NCBI GenBank assembly: GCA_030427505.1
Contig: JAUICH010000019.1
Coordinates: 1-64,000, forward strand
DNA: 64,000 nucleotides
Direction of reading: 5' to 3'
Source: Verrucomicrobiia bacterium
GTDB taxonomy: Bacteria > Verrucomicrobiota > Verrucomicrobiia > Verrucomicrobiales > DEV007
This document shows, in pieces, positions 29,082-39,569 of this stretch; within the stretch, counting starts at the first letter, position 1, and each line of letters begins with the position of its first letter. Made by a program: the position numbers and the translations under genes. The notes under the pieces are model-generated. The model had not been told where the DNA came from, did not search any database, and saw only the letters and a list, made by a program, of their open reading frames with translations.

Positions 29082-32000
29082 ATGATGGGACGACGTTTTC
29101 TCTTCACCTTCCTCTTTGCCGGACTCCTCTGGGGCGGCGCCCACCCTTTAAGAGCGCAGGAAACGCCGGTGGCGGCGCCGGCAGCCGCCGCGCCGGCGGA
29201 GGCGCCCCTCACCGTTGAAGGCATTGAGAACCGGCTGAGCGAAATCGAAGCCGACACGAGCCTCGACGACACCGCAAAAAACTCGCTTACGGAGCGCTAC
29301 CGGAGCGCGCTGGAGTATCTGAATCAAGCTGCGGAGTACCGGGCCCGGGAAAGCGAGTACCGCCAAGCCCTGGAGGAAGGTCCGGCGGAGGTCGAGCGGA
29401 TCCGAAAGGACATCGAACACCTCAAGACTTCCGGAGCGGAACCCGCCGCGGCCCCAGGGCGGCGGGTCGACTCTGTCTCGCACGAGGCGCTCCAGTCGGC
29501 GTTGGCACAGGAGCAGGTGTACCTGACGAACCTGAAGTCCGAGCTGAAAGAGCTGGAGACGGAGCGGACCCAGTTGCAGACCCGTCCCGCTCAAACCCGG
29601 GACCGTTCCGTCGCGGCCACGGCGGAACTGAAGAGCATTCAAACCGACATCAGCGGCCGCGCGGCCCTGAGCGAAACCCAGGAGATCAGCCGCGGCGAAC
29701 GCGCGGACCTCGCGCGGTTACGGGCACAACGCCAGATGCTGGAGGCGGAGATCGCCATGCTAGCGCAGGAGGACCTGAGCAACGAAATCCGCGCGACCCT
29801 CAACGAAGCCTCCCGCGACCTGACGCAACTGAGGATCGAGGCCTCGGAACAACGAATCGCCAAGCTCCAGGCGGAAGCTTCCTCGCTTTTGACAGACGCC
29901 TACAGCCAGGCGGAAAACTTGATCCAGCAGATCCGGGCGAAGGCTGGGGAAACGCCCCCCTCTCAGGTGGAGGCCTCTCTCACGGAATTGACGGACTTGG
30001 TCGCGGAAGCCCGGCGGGTCAGCCAAGCCGTGAAGTCCGTGGGCCAACGGGCCAGCGAACGCGAAGCGGAACGCAAGCGTGTGGCGGAGGCCTACGACAG
30101 CGTAACCCAACAGTTCGACCTGGGACTCCTGGGCGACACACTGGCTCAGGTGCTGCTGGATCAGCTCCAACGGCTTCCCGACCAACGGGTGGCCAATCAA
30201 TGGTTGACCGCCACTCAAACGGAAATCGTTGAGGCCCGGAGCGGCCAGTTCCAGCTGGACAACGCCACCCGCCTTCCATCCGGCCGCGACGGCAGCGGAG
30301 CCCGCTCCCCGGAAGAGGCCGGCGTCTCGGCATTCCAAGAAGAAATCGCCGCCCTGGAATCCACCAGAACCTCTCTGCGGGAAGACCTTCGTTCTGGCTA
30401 CCGCCAATGGATTCGCGAACTAGGCGAACTGGATCAGGTGGAACGCGAGATCCTGGTGGTGAGCCAGGAATTCCGCAACTTCGCCATGGAAAAGCTCTTC
30501 TGGGTGCGCAGCTCGCCCATGATTGGCCCCAACACGTTTCTCACCTTGCCGGGTGGTCTGGCCTACTGCTACGGCCCGAACCGGTTCGCCGAACTGCGCG
30601 CCGCGCTGGCCCGGATACCCTTGTTCCTTTACCTCGTCCTGGGCGCTCTGTTGGCGGGGCTGCTGGTACCCCGGCGCCGCTTTTCACGGTGGCTGAACGA
30701 GACGGGCCGGAAGACCAAGCGCATTTCCACGGACCACTACGGCCACACCATCACCGCCCTGGCGATGACGTTTCTGCTGGCCGCTCCCGTGCCCGTGCTT
30801 TGCGTGTTTCTGGGCCTGGCGTTGAAGCACCAGAAGGATGCCACGTCCTGGAGCTTTGGCCTGGGACACGGGCTGGTGGACACCGGTTTGTTTCTCTTCC
30901 TAGTGGGTTTTCTGAGGGTGCTCTGCCGACGGGACGGGATGGGCGAACGCCACTTTGGCTGGAACCCGGTCATGCTCCGGCGGTTCCGGCGCCTGGCCGG
31001 CTGGTCGATCCCCATTTACGTGCCTGTCACCCTGACGATAACACTGATCGTGACGCAGGCAGGTGTCCCCTATCTGAACGGACTGGGCCGGATATCCGGG
31101 CTGGCCTTTGTTCTCGGAATCGGCCTGATCTTTGCCTGGATCATGCACCCGGATAGAGGCATCGCGGCGGCGATCCACGAAATTTCGGCCCGGTCCTGGT
31201 TCGGCCGCCTGCGGAAGGCCTGGTTTGGGCTCTCCTTTGTAGTCATGCTAGTGTTGGTGGGGCTGCTGACGTCTGGCTATGTGTTTACCGCGTTGCTGCT
31301 GGTGGACCAAATCGAAAAGAGCCTGACGGCGATGTTCGCTTCCGCGATCGTTTTCGGTCTGGTTCTCCGTTGGTTCTCCATCCGGGAAAGAAAGCTGGCC
31401 TTGAGCGAGCTTTTGGAACAGCGCAAAACCCGCCTGGAAGCCGCCCGCAAAGCGGCCAAAGCGGCGGAGAATCCGCCCGAAGAAAAGACCGGCAACGCTC
31501 CCCCTAAAGGAAACGCTGAAGAAACCAACATCCCGGACATCAATGAAGCCGAGGCCATGAATATGGCTGAGGTCAGTGGGCAGACCCGGCGGCTCATCGG
31601 TTTCCTCATCAGCATCGGGCTGCTGGTGCAGCTCTACCTGATCTGGACGCAGTTCGGACCCATCGTGGAATTTCTGGACCACCTGGCCGCTGTCGGAAGC
31701 ATCAGCATTCGCGACGTGGCGGTGGTGATCGTAGTTATTGCGGTGACGATGGCCACCACGCGAAACCTGCCCGGACTCTTGGAAGTGCTGGTGCTGAGGC
31801 GCCTGGATCTGGACACCGGCACGCGCAACGCCATCACCACGCTGGCGAAGTACGTCGCGATCGCTATCGGCGCGGTCTTTCTCTTTCAGAACCTGGGCGT
31901 GGACTGGTCTCAGTTTGGCTGGATCGTCGCGGCACTCAGCGTGGGCTTGGGATTCGGTCTGCAGGAGGTGGTGGCGAATTTCATCAGCGGCATCATCCTG

Positions 32001-32525
32001 CTGTTCGAGCGGCCCATCCGCGTGGGCGACGTGGTCACCATCGATGGCATCGACGGCGTGGTCTCCCGCATCCAGATCCGCGCCACCACCATCACCAACT
32101 GGGACCGGAAGGAATTCATCGTGCCGAACAAGCAGTTCGTCACCGGCACCCTGCTGAACTGGACGCTGAGCAATCCGGTTAACCGCATCACCATCCCCAT
32201 CGGCGTGGCATACGGCAGCGACACGGAGCAGGCGCTAAAAATTCTCCTGGAGACCGCCAGCAATCACCCGCTAATCATGCCAGACCCGGCCCCACTGGCC
32301 ACCTTCGAAGCCTTCGGCGATAGTTCTCTCCTCCTGAAGCTGCGCTGTTACCTGCCCAACATGGACAACCGCCTGCGGGTGCTCACCGACCTTCACACGG
32401 AGATCGACAGCCGTTTCAAAGCCGCCGGCCTGGAGATCGCCTTTCCGCAGCTTGACGTGCACGTGCGGGACGCGGCGGAGTTCCGTATCGAGCATGTGGA
32501 ACGAACAGAATCGCCAAACTCTTGA
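29082..32525 (+). CDS. mscK: Mechanosensitive channel, MscK/KefA-like (large periplasmic coiled-coil N-terminus plus MscS domain)
   Basis: 1147 aa. Signal peptide, about 500-aa coiled-coil region, multiple TM helices, C-terminal MscS core (GDVVTIDGIDGVVSRIQIRATTITNWDRKEFIVPN). Confidence 0.8.
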   Translation: MMGRRFLFTFLFAGLLWGGAHPLRAQETPVAAPAAAAPAEAPLTVEGIENRLSEIEADTSLDDTAKNSLTERYRSALEYLNQAAEYRARESEYRQALEEGPAEVERIRKDIEHLKTSGAEPAAAPGRRVDSVSHEALQSALAQEQVYLTNLKSELKELETERTQLQTRPAQTRDRSVAATAELKSIQTDISGRAALSETQEISRGERADLARLRAQRQMLEAEIAMLAQEDLSNEIRATLNEASRDLTQLRIEASEQRIAKLQAEASSLLTDAYSQAENLIQQIRAKAGETPPSQVEASLTELTDLVAEARRVSQAVKSVGQRASEREAERKRVAEAYDSVTQQFDLGLLGDTLAQVLLDQLQRLPDQRVANQWLTATQTEIVEARSGQFQLDNATRLPSGRDGSGARSPEEAGVSAFQEEIAALESTRTSLREDLRSGYRQWIRELGELDQVEREILVVSQEFRNFAMEKLFWVRSSPMIGPNTFLTLPGGLAYCYGPNRFAELRAALARIPLFLYLVLGALLAGLLVPRRRFSRWLNETGRKTKRISTDHYGHTITALAMTFLLAAPVPVLCVFLGLALKHQKDATSWSFGLGHGLVDTGLFLFLVGFLRVLCRRDGMGERHFGWNPVMLRRFRRLAGWSIPIYVPVTLTITLIVTQAGVPYLNGLGRISGLAFVLGIGLIFAWIMHPDRGIAAAIHEISARSWFGRLRKAWFGLSFVVMLVLVGLLTSGYVFTALLLVDQIEKSLTAMFASAIVFGLVLRWFSIRERKLALSELLEQRKTRLEAARKAAKAAENPPEEKTGNAPPKGNAEETNIPDINEAEAMNMAEVSGQTRRLIGFLISIGLLVQLYLIWTQFGPIVEFLDHLAAVGSISIRDVAVVIVVIAVTMATTRNLPGLLEVLVLRRLDLDTGTRNAITTLAKYVAIAIGAVFLFQNLGVDWSQFGWIVAALSVGLGFGLQEVVANFISGIILLFERPIRVGDVVTIDGIDGVVSRIQIRATTITNWDRKEFIVPNKQFVTGTLLNWTLSNPVNRITIPIGVAYGSDTEQALKILLETASNHPLIMPDPAPLATFEAFGDSSLLLKLRCYLPNMDNRLRVLTDLHTEIDSRFKAAGLEIAFPQLDVHVRDAAEFRIEHVERTESPNS

Positions 32526-32527
32526 GA

Positions 32528-33154
32528 ATGGATAGCTGGACTCACATCCTCCTTCTTACGTATTCCACTCTGTTCCCAATCACCAACCCCTTGGGCAACG
32601 CAGGAATTTTCCTTTCCCTAACCTCGGACCAGGACAAGGCAACCAAACGCAAGCAAGCTCTTCGTGGCGCCATTTACGCTTTCTTCATTCTTGAAGCCTT
32701 CTTTTTTGGCGGGAGTTACATCCTGAATTTCTTTGGCCTGAGTCTCGATGGAATCAGAATCGCCGGAGGAATATTGATCGCCAAGTTTGGCTTCGACCAG
32801 CTTCAGCCACGCCGGGAGACTACCCATTCAGACGAAGAACACCAGGAGGCCAAGCAGATGGACGATATCTCTTTCTCCCCCTTGGCCATGCCCTTGCTTG
32901 CGGGTCCTGGGGCCATCGCTTCCGTCATTGGAATCACCTCGGTCATTAAGCCCACGCTTTTCAGTCACCTCATTGTCAGCATCGGGATAGCCGCGACGTG
33001 TCTGACCTGCTGGATCATCTTGAGAGAATCAGAACGGCTGATGAGATTTCTCGGCATCAATGGCGCCAACGCTCTCACCAAAATCATGGGCTTCCTGCTC
33101 CTCTGCATCGGTGTGCAACTGGTCGTCGACGGCATCGAACATCTCGTCAAATAG
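32528..33154 (+). CDS. MarC family (UPF0056) integral membrane protein
   Basis: About 208 aa. FPITNPLGNAGIFLSL signature of MarC/UPF0056. Its start overlaps the mscK-like stop. Confidence 0.7.
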   Translation: MDSWTHILLLTYSTLFPITNPLGNAGIFLSLTSDQDKATKRKQALRGAIYAFFILEAFFFGGSYILNFFGLSLDGIRIAGGILIAKFGFDQLQPRRETTHSDEEHQEAKQMDDISFSPLAMPLLAGPGAIASVIGITSVIKPTLFSHLIVSIGIAATCLTCWIILRESERLMRFLGINGANALTKIMGFLLLCIGVQLVVDGIEHLVK

Positions 33155-33216
33155 GGATCGCTCACCACTCCCTCGCCGCGTGCCAGAAAATCATGGCACC
33201 GGTGCACGAGACTTCT

Positions 33217-34875
33217 TCAATTTCCCTTTTTCAAATAAGCCACTCCGTAGTCTTGCGGCAGGGGCGTCACTTGGTTCCCCGCCGCCCATTGGTTCCACAG
33301 GGCTGACAAGCGTTCCACCTCTTCCGCGTTCCCCGATGCCACGTCACTGAGCTCCGTCCGGTCAGCGCTCACATCGTACAGCTCCCAAGGCGCATCCCTC
33401 AGGGCCACCAGCTTCCACTTCCCTTCCCGGACCGCCCGGTTCCCTTCGTGTTCGAAAAACAGCGGCCTCGGCTCCGGTTCTCCCATATGTTGCCTAATCA
33501 GGCTCCGGCCCGGGTACGGTGCCCCTCCCCCAGAGCTCACTTGCGTTCCCGCCGCTTCCAGCGCCGTCGCCATCAAGTCGATCAAGTGCGCGGGCTCTTC
33601 GCTAACCTTTCCTGTAAGCTCACCCAACCGTTGCGGCCAATGCACAATACAGGGCACCGCGATGCCTCCTTCATGGTTGAAGTGCTTGTAGAGCCGCCAC
33701 GGAGTGTTCGAGGCGTTGGCCCAGCCAGAGCCCATACTGTGAAACGTCCCCATGCTGCCCATCTTCTCCAGTTCCGCGCCCGTGTGCAGGATGTTTTGAT
33801 TGCTGGACACGATGTCGAAGCCCCTCGGGTCCCACTCCGCGCAGGCTCCGTTGTCGGAAGTGAAGACGATGAGTGTGTTCTCCCACTGGCCGCGGGCTCG
33901 GACGACCTCAAAGACGCGTCCGATCTGTTGATCCATGCGGTCCACCATGGCGGCGTAGATGGCCATGCGACGGGCCAGGTCGGCGCGGCGGTCTTGAGGC
34001 AAGGTGTCCCAGGCGGGGTTCGTTCCCGTCTCGGTTTCGCCATAGTTCCAGTAGGGCGAACGCGGGGTGAGTTCGGTCGCCGCTGGCACGATACCGAGTT
34101 CCTTCATTCGGGTCAGGCGCTCCTCCCGCAACTTGTCCCAACCGCCCTGGTATCGGTCCGCGTACTTGGCGATTTCCTCCGGCGGGGCCTGGAGGGGAAA
34201 GTGTGGCGCGTTATAGGCCAGGTAGAGGAACCACGGCCGGTCCGGCGTTTCGGCGGCTAGGTCCAGGAAGTCCAGGGCGTAATCCGTCACCGCGTCTGTC
34301 GCGTAAAATTCGCCCTCCGCGTAGGTCCGTGCCTTCCGCCCCTCCGGCCGGCGGGTCATGTGATCCGGATCGAAGAAAGTCTTCGCGCTGACCAGCGTTC
34401 CGTAAAATTCCTCGAACCCATGCTGGGTGGGGTCTTCGGTTCCCAGGTGCCATTTGCCACTGATGAAGCAGCGGTAGTTCGCTACGTCGCTCAACACATT
34501 GGCAATCGTCGGCGTGCCCGGCGCCAACCGCCCCCGGTAGCCGGGTTGACCGATGTCCACCGTCATGTGTCCCAGGCCCACGGCATGCGGGTACCTTCCC
34601 GTCAGCAGGCAGGCCCGCGAAGGACAGCAGCGCCCCATGGAATAGAACTGCGTCAGCCGCACCCCCTCCGCCGCCAGGCCGTCGAGGTTCGGTGTGGCAA
34701 TTTCACTCCCGTAACAGCCCAGATCGCTGAACCCCAAATCATCCGCGACGATGTAGAGGATGTTGGCGGGAGGACCGGAAGTCTCAGAATTCGCCGCCGG
34801 GCTCGGCATCGTGATTCCTATACACAATCCAAGGCCGGTCAGTAATCCGAGGAACCAATTTCGAAGGGGGATCAT
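33217..34875 (-). CDS. Sulfatase (arylsulfatase family)
   Basis: 552 aa. Signal peptide. The ILYIVADDLGFSDLGCYGS and CCPSRACLLTGRYPH motifs (C-x-P-x-R) are diagnostic. Confidence 0.85.
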   Translation of the reverse strand: MIPLRNWFLGLLTGLGLCIGITMPSPAANSETSGPPANILYIVADDLGFSDLGCYGSEIATPNLDGLAAEGVRLTQFYSMGRCCPSRACLLTGRYPHAVGLGHMTVDIGQPGYRGRLAPGTPTIANVLSDVANYRCFISGKWHLGTEDPTQHGFEEFYGTLVSAKTFFDPDHMTRRPEGRKARTYAEGEFYATDAVTDYALDFLDLAAETPDRPWFLYLAYNAPHFPLQAPPEEIAKYADRYQGGWDKLREERLTRMKELGIVPAATELTPRSPYWNYGETETGTNPAWDTLPQDRRADLARRMAIYAAMVDRMDQQIGRVFEVVRARGQWENTLIVFTSDNGACAEWDPRGFDIVSSNQNILHTGAELEKMGSMGTFHSMGSGWANASNTPWRLYKHFNHEGGIAVPCIVHWPQRLGELTGKVSEEPAHLIDLMATALEAAGTQVSSGGGAPYPGRSLIRQHMGEPEPRPLFFEHEGNRAVREGKWKLVALRDAPWELYDVSADRTELSDVASGNAEEVERLSALWNQWAAGNQVTPLPQDYGVAYLKKGN

Positions 34876-35292
34876 CGGTCCACGCTAGAAGATGGCGGAG
34901 ACGCCGTCAAAGCCAGAGCGCGGTCTCAAGTCTCTCCCGCGGGTAGTGTGCTTGACATCCACGCCGTTCCGGGCGATCCATACTTGCAATGCTCATCAAG
35001 CACCCAACCGGAATCACTTGCTCCGCGACGCGGCCTTTCGCCGCTTCGTCACGGATGGGTTCCGCCTCTTTCGAGGTGCTGAAGCTGTCCATTTCCTGAG
35101 GCAGTCCGGCCCGTCACCCTTTGTTCTGGCGGCCTGAAGAAACCGAAGAAGGGCACCACTGCCCGCTTCCTTTCGCCGCACTGCCTGCCCCTACCCTGAC
35201 CACACGGGTCTGGCGTGCCGTCGCGTATGCCTGTCTCCGTGTCCTCAGCCCGGGTGGGCCGTGGGGCGCTATCCCAAAACCAAAAGCAAACC

Positions 35293-37434
35293 ATGAAAAC
35301 ACAAGAACGCACTCGCCAGAAATCCGGCCGCACTTATGATCCCGCGATCGTGAAGATGCGCAATATCGGTATCGTCGCCCACGTCGACGCCGGGAAGACC
35401 ACGCTCACCGAGCGGGTGCTTTTCTACACTGGCGCCATCCATCAAGTGGGAGACGTGAATGCCGGTAACACCACGACCGACTTCGATCCCATCGAGCAAC
35501 GCAAAGGCATTACCATCAATGCCGCCGCCATCTCGTGTACTTGGATCCGGACACCCGAGCCCGGCTCCGCGCCGGATCTGCCCTACCAGATCAGCATCAT
35601 CGACACGCCCGGCCATGTGGACTTCACCGCCGAGGTGGAGCGCACCATGCGCGTGCTGGACGGCGTCATCGCTGTGTTCAGCGGAGTCGATGGCGTGCAG
35701 CCGCAGTCGGAACGCGTCTGGCGTCAGGCCGAACGCTACGGCGTCCCGCGCCTGGCCTTCATCAACAAGATGGACCGCACCGGCGCGGACTTTGACGCCG
35801 CTCTGCAAGACCTGCGCGAAAAGCTCCAGGCCAACGCGGCCGCCATCCTGCTGCCCCTGGGCAGCGAGGACGGTCTCCGCGGCCAGCTGGACGTGCTCAA
35901 TCAACGGGCCATCCTGTTCGACGAACCGGACGGTTCACGCTACCGCTATGCCCCGGTTCCAGCCGAAGAACAGGCCCGCGTGGAAGCCGCGCGACAGGAT
36001 CTGGTCGACCGTCTCATCGATCTCGATGAAGACCTGGCTGAGGTGTATCTGCTCGATGGCACGCTCACGGCTGACCAGCTTCGTCAGGCCATCCGCCGGC
36101 AAACGCTGGCTCGTGCCTTCGTGCCCGTCGCTGCCGGGTCCGCGTTCAAGAACCTTGGCGTCCAGCCTCTGCTGGACGCGGTCGTCGACTATTTGCCGAG
36201 CCCTCTGGACGTGACGCCCGCTCCCGGGCGGCATCCCGAGACCGAAGAGTCCATCGCTGTTCGCTCAGCGCCGGACGCGCCCCTTCGTGCCCTGGTGTTC
36301 AAGATCGCTTCGGACGAATACTCTCGCCGCCGTGCCTTTGTGCGCGTTTACTCCGGCCGTCTCGTTTCGGGTGACGTGGTGCTCAATGCCACCACGGGGA
36401 AAACTCTGCGTCTTAGCCGACTGGTCAAACTCCAGGCGGACCAGGAGAGACGGATCGACTCCGCCGAAGCGGGCGAGATTGTTGCGCTGGTTGGCGCCAA
36501 GGGCGTCGTCACGGGTCATACCCTGTGTGCCCTAGACAGTCCCGTGCTTCTCGAGCCTCCCACGTTTCCGGATCCGGTCATCTCCATGGCCATCGAACCG
36601 AAAACCCGTGAGGACCGGGAACGACTGGGCTTTGCCCTGCAACAACTCGCCGAAGAGGACCCAACCTTCCAGGTCACCGTTAATCCGGAGACGGGGCAGA
36701 CCCTCATCGCCGGTATGGGCGAGCTTCACCTGGCGGTCCTGCGAGAGCGGATGTCCGAAAACTACCGCGTGGAAACCACCGCCGGTGAACCGAGAATCGC
36801 TTACCGCGAAACGGCGACACAAGCCGCGCGCGGGGAAGAGAAATACGTTCACCAGCGGGGTGGCCCCGGCATGTACGGTCATGTCGTGCTCGAGCTTCGC
36901 CCAGCGGAGCGCGGGACTGGCGTGGTCATCCAAGACCGCACGATAGGAGGCAGCATTCCCCGGCATTTCATTGGTGCCTGTCAAAAGGGCATCCATGAAG
37001 CCTTGGCAAACGGCGTGTTAGCAGGCTATCCGATTGTGGATGTGGCCATCGACATTGTTGATGGTTCCATACACGAGCAGGATTCCACCGAACGAGCCTT
37101 CGCCATCGCGGCTTCGCGAGCGCTGAAGGACGCCATGGGCCGTGCGGGTGCCGTGTTGCTGGAGCCCATCATGCGGGTGGAATGCATCACGCCGCCAGAA
37201 CACCAGGGCGACCTGGTGGGTGACCTTACCCGCCGGCGGGGACAGGTGCTGAACATGCGGGCCAGGGGTCTGACCTCGATCATTGAATCGCTGGTTCCTC
37301 TGGTTCGAATGTCCGGCTACGCCACGGTCATTCGGACGCTCTCCAAAGGGCGCGCCGAATTCTCCATGGAACCTTCCCACTTTGAGGAAGTGCCCGCCGC
37401 GCTCGCCGCGAAGGTAGTGGGAAGTCATTCCTAA
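35293..37434 (+). CDS. Elongation factor G paralog (EF-G-like translational GTPase)
   Basis: G1 AHVDAGKTT, DTPGH, NKMD motifs and full EF-G domain order (G, II, III, IV, V). Basic N-terminal extension. Not in an str operon context (no rpsL/rpsG/tuf neighbours). Start set at ATG 35293 (MKTQERTR). Confidence 0.85.
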   Translation: MKTQERTRQKSGRTYDPAIVKMRNIGIVAHVDAGKTTLTERVLFYTGAIHQVGDVNAGNTTTDFDPIEQRKGITINAAAISCTWIRTPEPGSAPDLPYQISIIDTPGHVDFTAEVERTMRVLDGVIAVFSGVDGVQPQSERVWRQAERYGVPRLAFINKMDRTGADFDAALQDLREKLQANAAAILLPLGSEDGLRGQLDVLNQRAILFDEPDGSRYRYAPVPAEEQARVEAARQDLVDRLIDLDEDLAEVYLLDGTLTADQLRQAIRRQTLARAFVPVAAGSAFKNLGVQPLLDAVVDYLPSPLDVTPAPGRHPETEESIAVRSAPDAPLRALVFKIASDEYSRRRAFVRVYSGRLVSGDVVLNATTGKTLRLSRLVKLQADQERRIDSAEAGEIVALVGAKGVVTGHTLCALDSPVLLEPPTFPDPVISMAIEPKTREDRERLGFALQQLAEEDPTFQVTVNPETGQTLIAGMGELHLAVLRERMSENYRVETTAGEPRIAYRETATQAARGEEKYVHQRGGPGMYGHVVLELRPAERGTGVVIQDRTIGGSIPRHFIGACQKGIHEALANGVLAGYPIVDVAIDIVDGSIHEQDSTERAFAIAASRALKDAMGRAGAVLLEPIMRVECITPPEHQGDLVGDLTRRRGQVLNMRARGLTSIIESLVPLVRMSGYATVIRTLSKGRAEFSMEPSHFEEVPAALAAKVVGSHS

Positions 37435-37583
37435 CTTCCTAACTCTCCTCAACCAAATCAGCCAGCCGGTTCACCCCGGCTGGCTGAATTCGTTTTCTAC
37501 GCCATGAGACAGCCGTCTCGTCTCACATGCTTGTAGCAATCGTGTCTATTGCGTTAGCCAATAGTCGAAGAATGCCAGCGCCA

Positions 37584-37763
37584 AGGTGGAACGCGATCTC
37601 CGAAGGCGTTCGCGAAAGCAGAGTGTGGCTGCATTTCACCTTTGTTTGGAAATCTAGCTTTCCTTTGCGAAATTTTCTCTTTCGCTCTCAGCGCGAATCA
37701 ATCACCGCTAAAGATTGCCCGCCCGGCCCGCGAGTTCCTCGCCCGGAGGTCGAGGACCACCTT
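37584..37763 (+). repeat. Intergenic repeat element copy A (module 1 at 37584-37656, module 2 at 37718-37763)
   Basis: Module 1 AAGGTGGAACGCGATCTCCGAAGGCGTTCGCGAAAGCAGAG…TTTGTTTGGAAATCT is near-identical to sequences at 41063 and 48634. Module 2 GCCCGGCCCGCGAGTTCCTCGCCCGGAGGTCGAGGACCACCTT recurs at 41224. Confidence 0.5.
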
Positions 37764-37913
37764 TTGCCATGGTGCGCCCGAACAAATCCTAGAGCTTGAC
37801 GCACATTATCCGGTTCAATCATCTAGCAGTAAGTGGGGAGGCTAAGACACGCATTCACGTCATGTAAGGTTTTCCGCTTCCGTTTCAGTGCGCTAAGCCT
37901 CAATCTCTCCCCC

Positions 37914-38879
37914 ATGAAATCCCCCCATTTCACGCTCTCCCTCCGTTCCCACTTCGGCGTCAGCCTTTGCCTGGCGTTCCTCATGCTTGCCGGCCTCCTC
38001 TCGCCACACACAAGAGCCGACGTGCTACCACCGAAACCGGACGCCAAACACCAGCCCATCTGGCCGGACCTCGCTCCGGGCGAAACGACCAAGGAAACCG
38101 GCACCGCGCTTCCTCCCAGAGAAGGCGAGACCAAGCCCATCACGCGCGTCGAGAACGTCACCTGCCCCACCTTTACGGTTCACCTCGCGCCCAAACCGAA
38201 CGGCGCCGCGATGGTCATCCTGCCGGGCGGAGGATTCAGCAAAGTGGTTCCCGACCTGGAAGGCACGGAGGCAGCGGACTGGCTGAACGAGCACGGCATT
38301 TCCGCCTTCGTTCTTTCCTACCGTACCACCTCAGCCCCCGGTGAGCCCGGCTGGCCCGAAGCGCTTCAGGATGCCCAACGCGCCATGGCGGTCATCCGCT
38401 CCCGCGCGGGGGAATGGGGGCTGAAGAAAGACCGCATCGGACTCTTGGGTTTTTCCGCCGGAGGTCAAGTCGCTGCCCGGCTGCTAAGCACGGGCGACTC
38501 CCTCACCTATGAGCCGGTGGACGAAATCGACCGGACCACCTCGCCCTACCCGGACTTCGCCATCCTCATCTATCCTTGGCGCATCTACGATGGCGCGAAA
38601 GACTCCCTCATCGACGGCGTCTCCGTCCCCCCGAATTGTCCGCCGACGTTTCTGGTCCACACCGGCGACGACAAATCCTCTTCCTTGGGCGCGGTGCTTT
38701 TTTATGCCGGTCTGAAAAAGCAGAACATCCCGGCTGAACTACACGTTTACGGAAACGGCGGACACGGCTACGGCTTACGCGAAAGGGAAGGCTCGGAGAT
38801 TTCCTCCTGGCCGGGCCACGCCGCTCATTGGCTGGTGCGCACGTTGGAGACAATGGACATGGCGGGGAAAAACCGGTAG
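37914..38879 (+). CDS. Alpha/beta hydrolase (esterase/lipase-like, secreted)
   Basis: Signal peptide. GFSAGG nucleophile elbow (G-x-S-x-G), downstream TGDDK…GGHGY typical of carbohydrate esterase/BD-FAE-like hydrolases. Confidence 0.7.
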   Translation: MKSPHFTLSLRSHFGVSLCLAFLMLAGLLSPHTRADVLPPKPDAKHQPIWPDLAPGETTKETGTALPPREGETKPITRVENVTCPTFTVHLAPKPNGAAMVILPGGGFSKVVPDLEGTEAADWLNEHGISAFVLSYRTTSAPGEPGWPEALQDAQRAMAVIRSRAGEWGLKKDRIGLLGFSAGGQVAARLLSTGDSLTYEPVDEIDRTTSPYPDFAILIYPWRIYDGAKDSLIDGVSVPPNCPPTFLVHTGDDKSSSLGAVLFYAGLKKQNIPAELHVYGNGGHGYGLREREGSEISSWPGHAAHWLVRTLETMDMAGKNR

Positions 38880-38896
38880 CTCACCTTCTGAGCTTT
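38880..38896 (+). terminator. Weak hairpin after hydrolase gene
   Basis: AGCTCA-CCTTC-TGAGCT followed by TT…; low confidence. Confidence 0.25.
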
Positions 38897-39029
38897 CCGC
38901 CATTCCTGGTTAACAAAGAAGAAATCCATAGTTTTTAAGAAATATATCATCGCAATGCTTGACTACTTTTAGAACTGTGGCTCATTGCCCGCCCCCCCGA
39001 TTTTATTCACCTCTACCGCTCCCCAGGCG

Positions 39030-39569
39030 ATGAACACAGTATTCCTATCGGGGTCTCAGGGCATCACGCACCTGAACGGCCAAGTCCGCTCCCGGCTGGA
39101 CGCTCTCTTGCAGAAGTCCGCCCACATCCTCATTGGTGACGCGAATGGCGTCGACCGCTCCATCCAGATGTACCTGGCCGGTAAAGGCTACCGGCAGGTC
39201 ACCGTCTATTGCTCCGGTTCTCAGTTCCGGAACAATGTGGGCTCCTGGAAGACCAAGCGCATTTCCGTTCCCTCCCACCTTCGTGGGCGGGACTTCTATA
39301 CCCGCAAGGACAAGGCCATGGCGGAGGACGCGGATCGCGGCTTCGTTATTTGGGACGGCTCCAGCGCGGGTTCCATCGAGAACGTGCTGGAACTCCTGAA
39401 ACGCGGAAAGAAGGCCACGGTCTATCTGGAACCCAAGGATCAGTTCTTCCTCGTCAATAGCGTGGAACCGCTGAAGCTCCTCCTTTCCAACGTATCTGGC
39501 GGCGCCATGGCCGCCATCGAACGAAAGGTGGGCCTGAGCGACGCGCTGAAAGCGCTTCAATCCAGCTGA
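39030..39569 (+). CDS. Hypothetical protein, possible SLOG/DprA-LOG-like Rossmann fold
   Basis: About 180 aa. VFLSGSQ…ILIGDANGVDRSIQMYLAGKG…VTVYCSG…FVIWDGSSAGS resembles the GxxRGxD-type nucleotide-binding SLOG superfamily (DprA/LOG/YpsA). Family assignment is from memory only. AT-rich region upstream. Confidence 0.35.
   Translation: MNTVFLSGSQGITHLNGQVRSRLDALLQKSAHILIGDANGVDRSIQMYLAGKGYRQVTVYCSGSQFRNNVGSWKTKRISVPSHLRGRDFYTRKDKAMAEDADRGFVIWDGSSAGSIENVLELLKRGKKATVYLEPKDQFFLVNSVEPLKLLLSNVSGGAMAAIERKVGLSDALKALQSS

Noticed and set aside
33448-34845. Plus-strand ORFs (270 aa, 161 aa) within the sulfatase gene at 33217-34875
   Set aside because: Antisense to a sulfatase with the CCPSR motif.
37527-37799. 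90-aa ORF covering repeat copy A
   Set aside because: The paralogous repeat copy B carries an indel that destroys this frame, so the conservation is at nucleotide level and not protein level. It is treated as a non-coding repeat.
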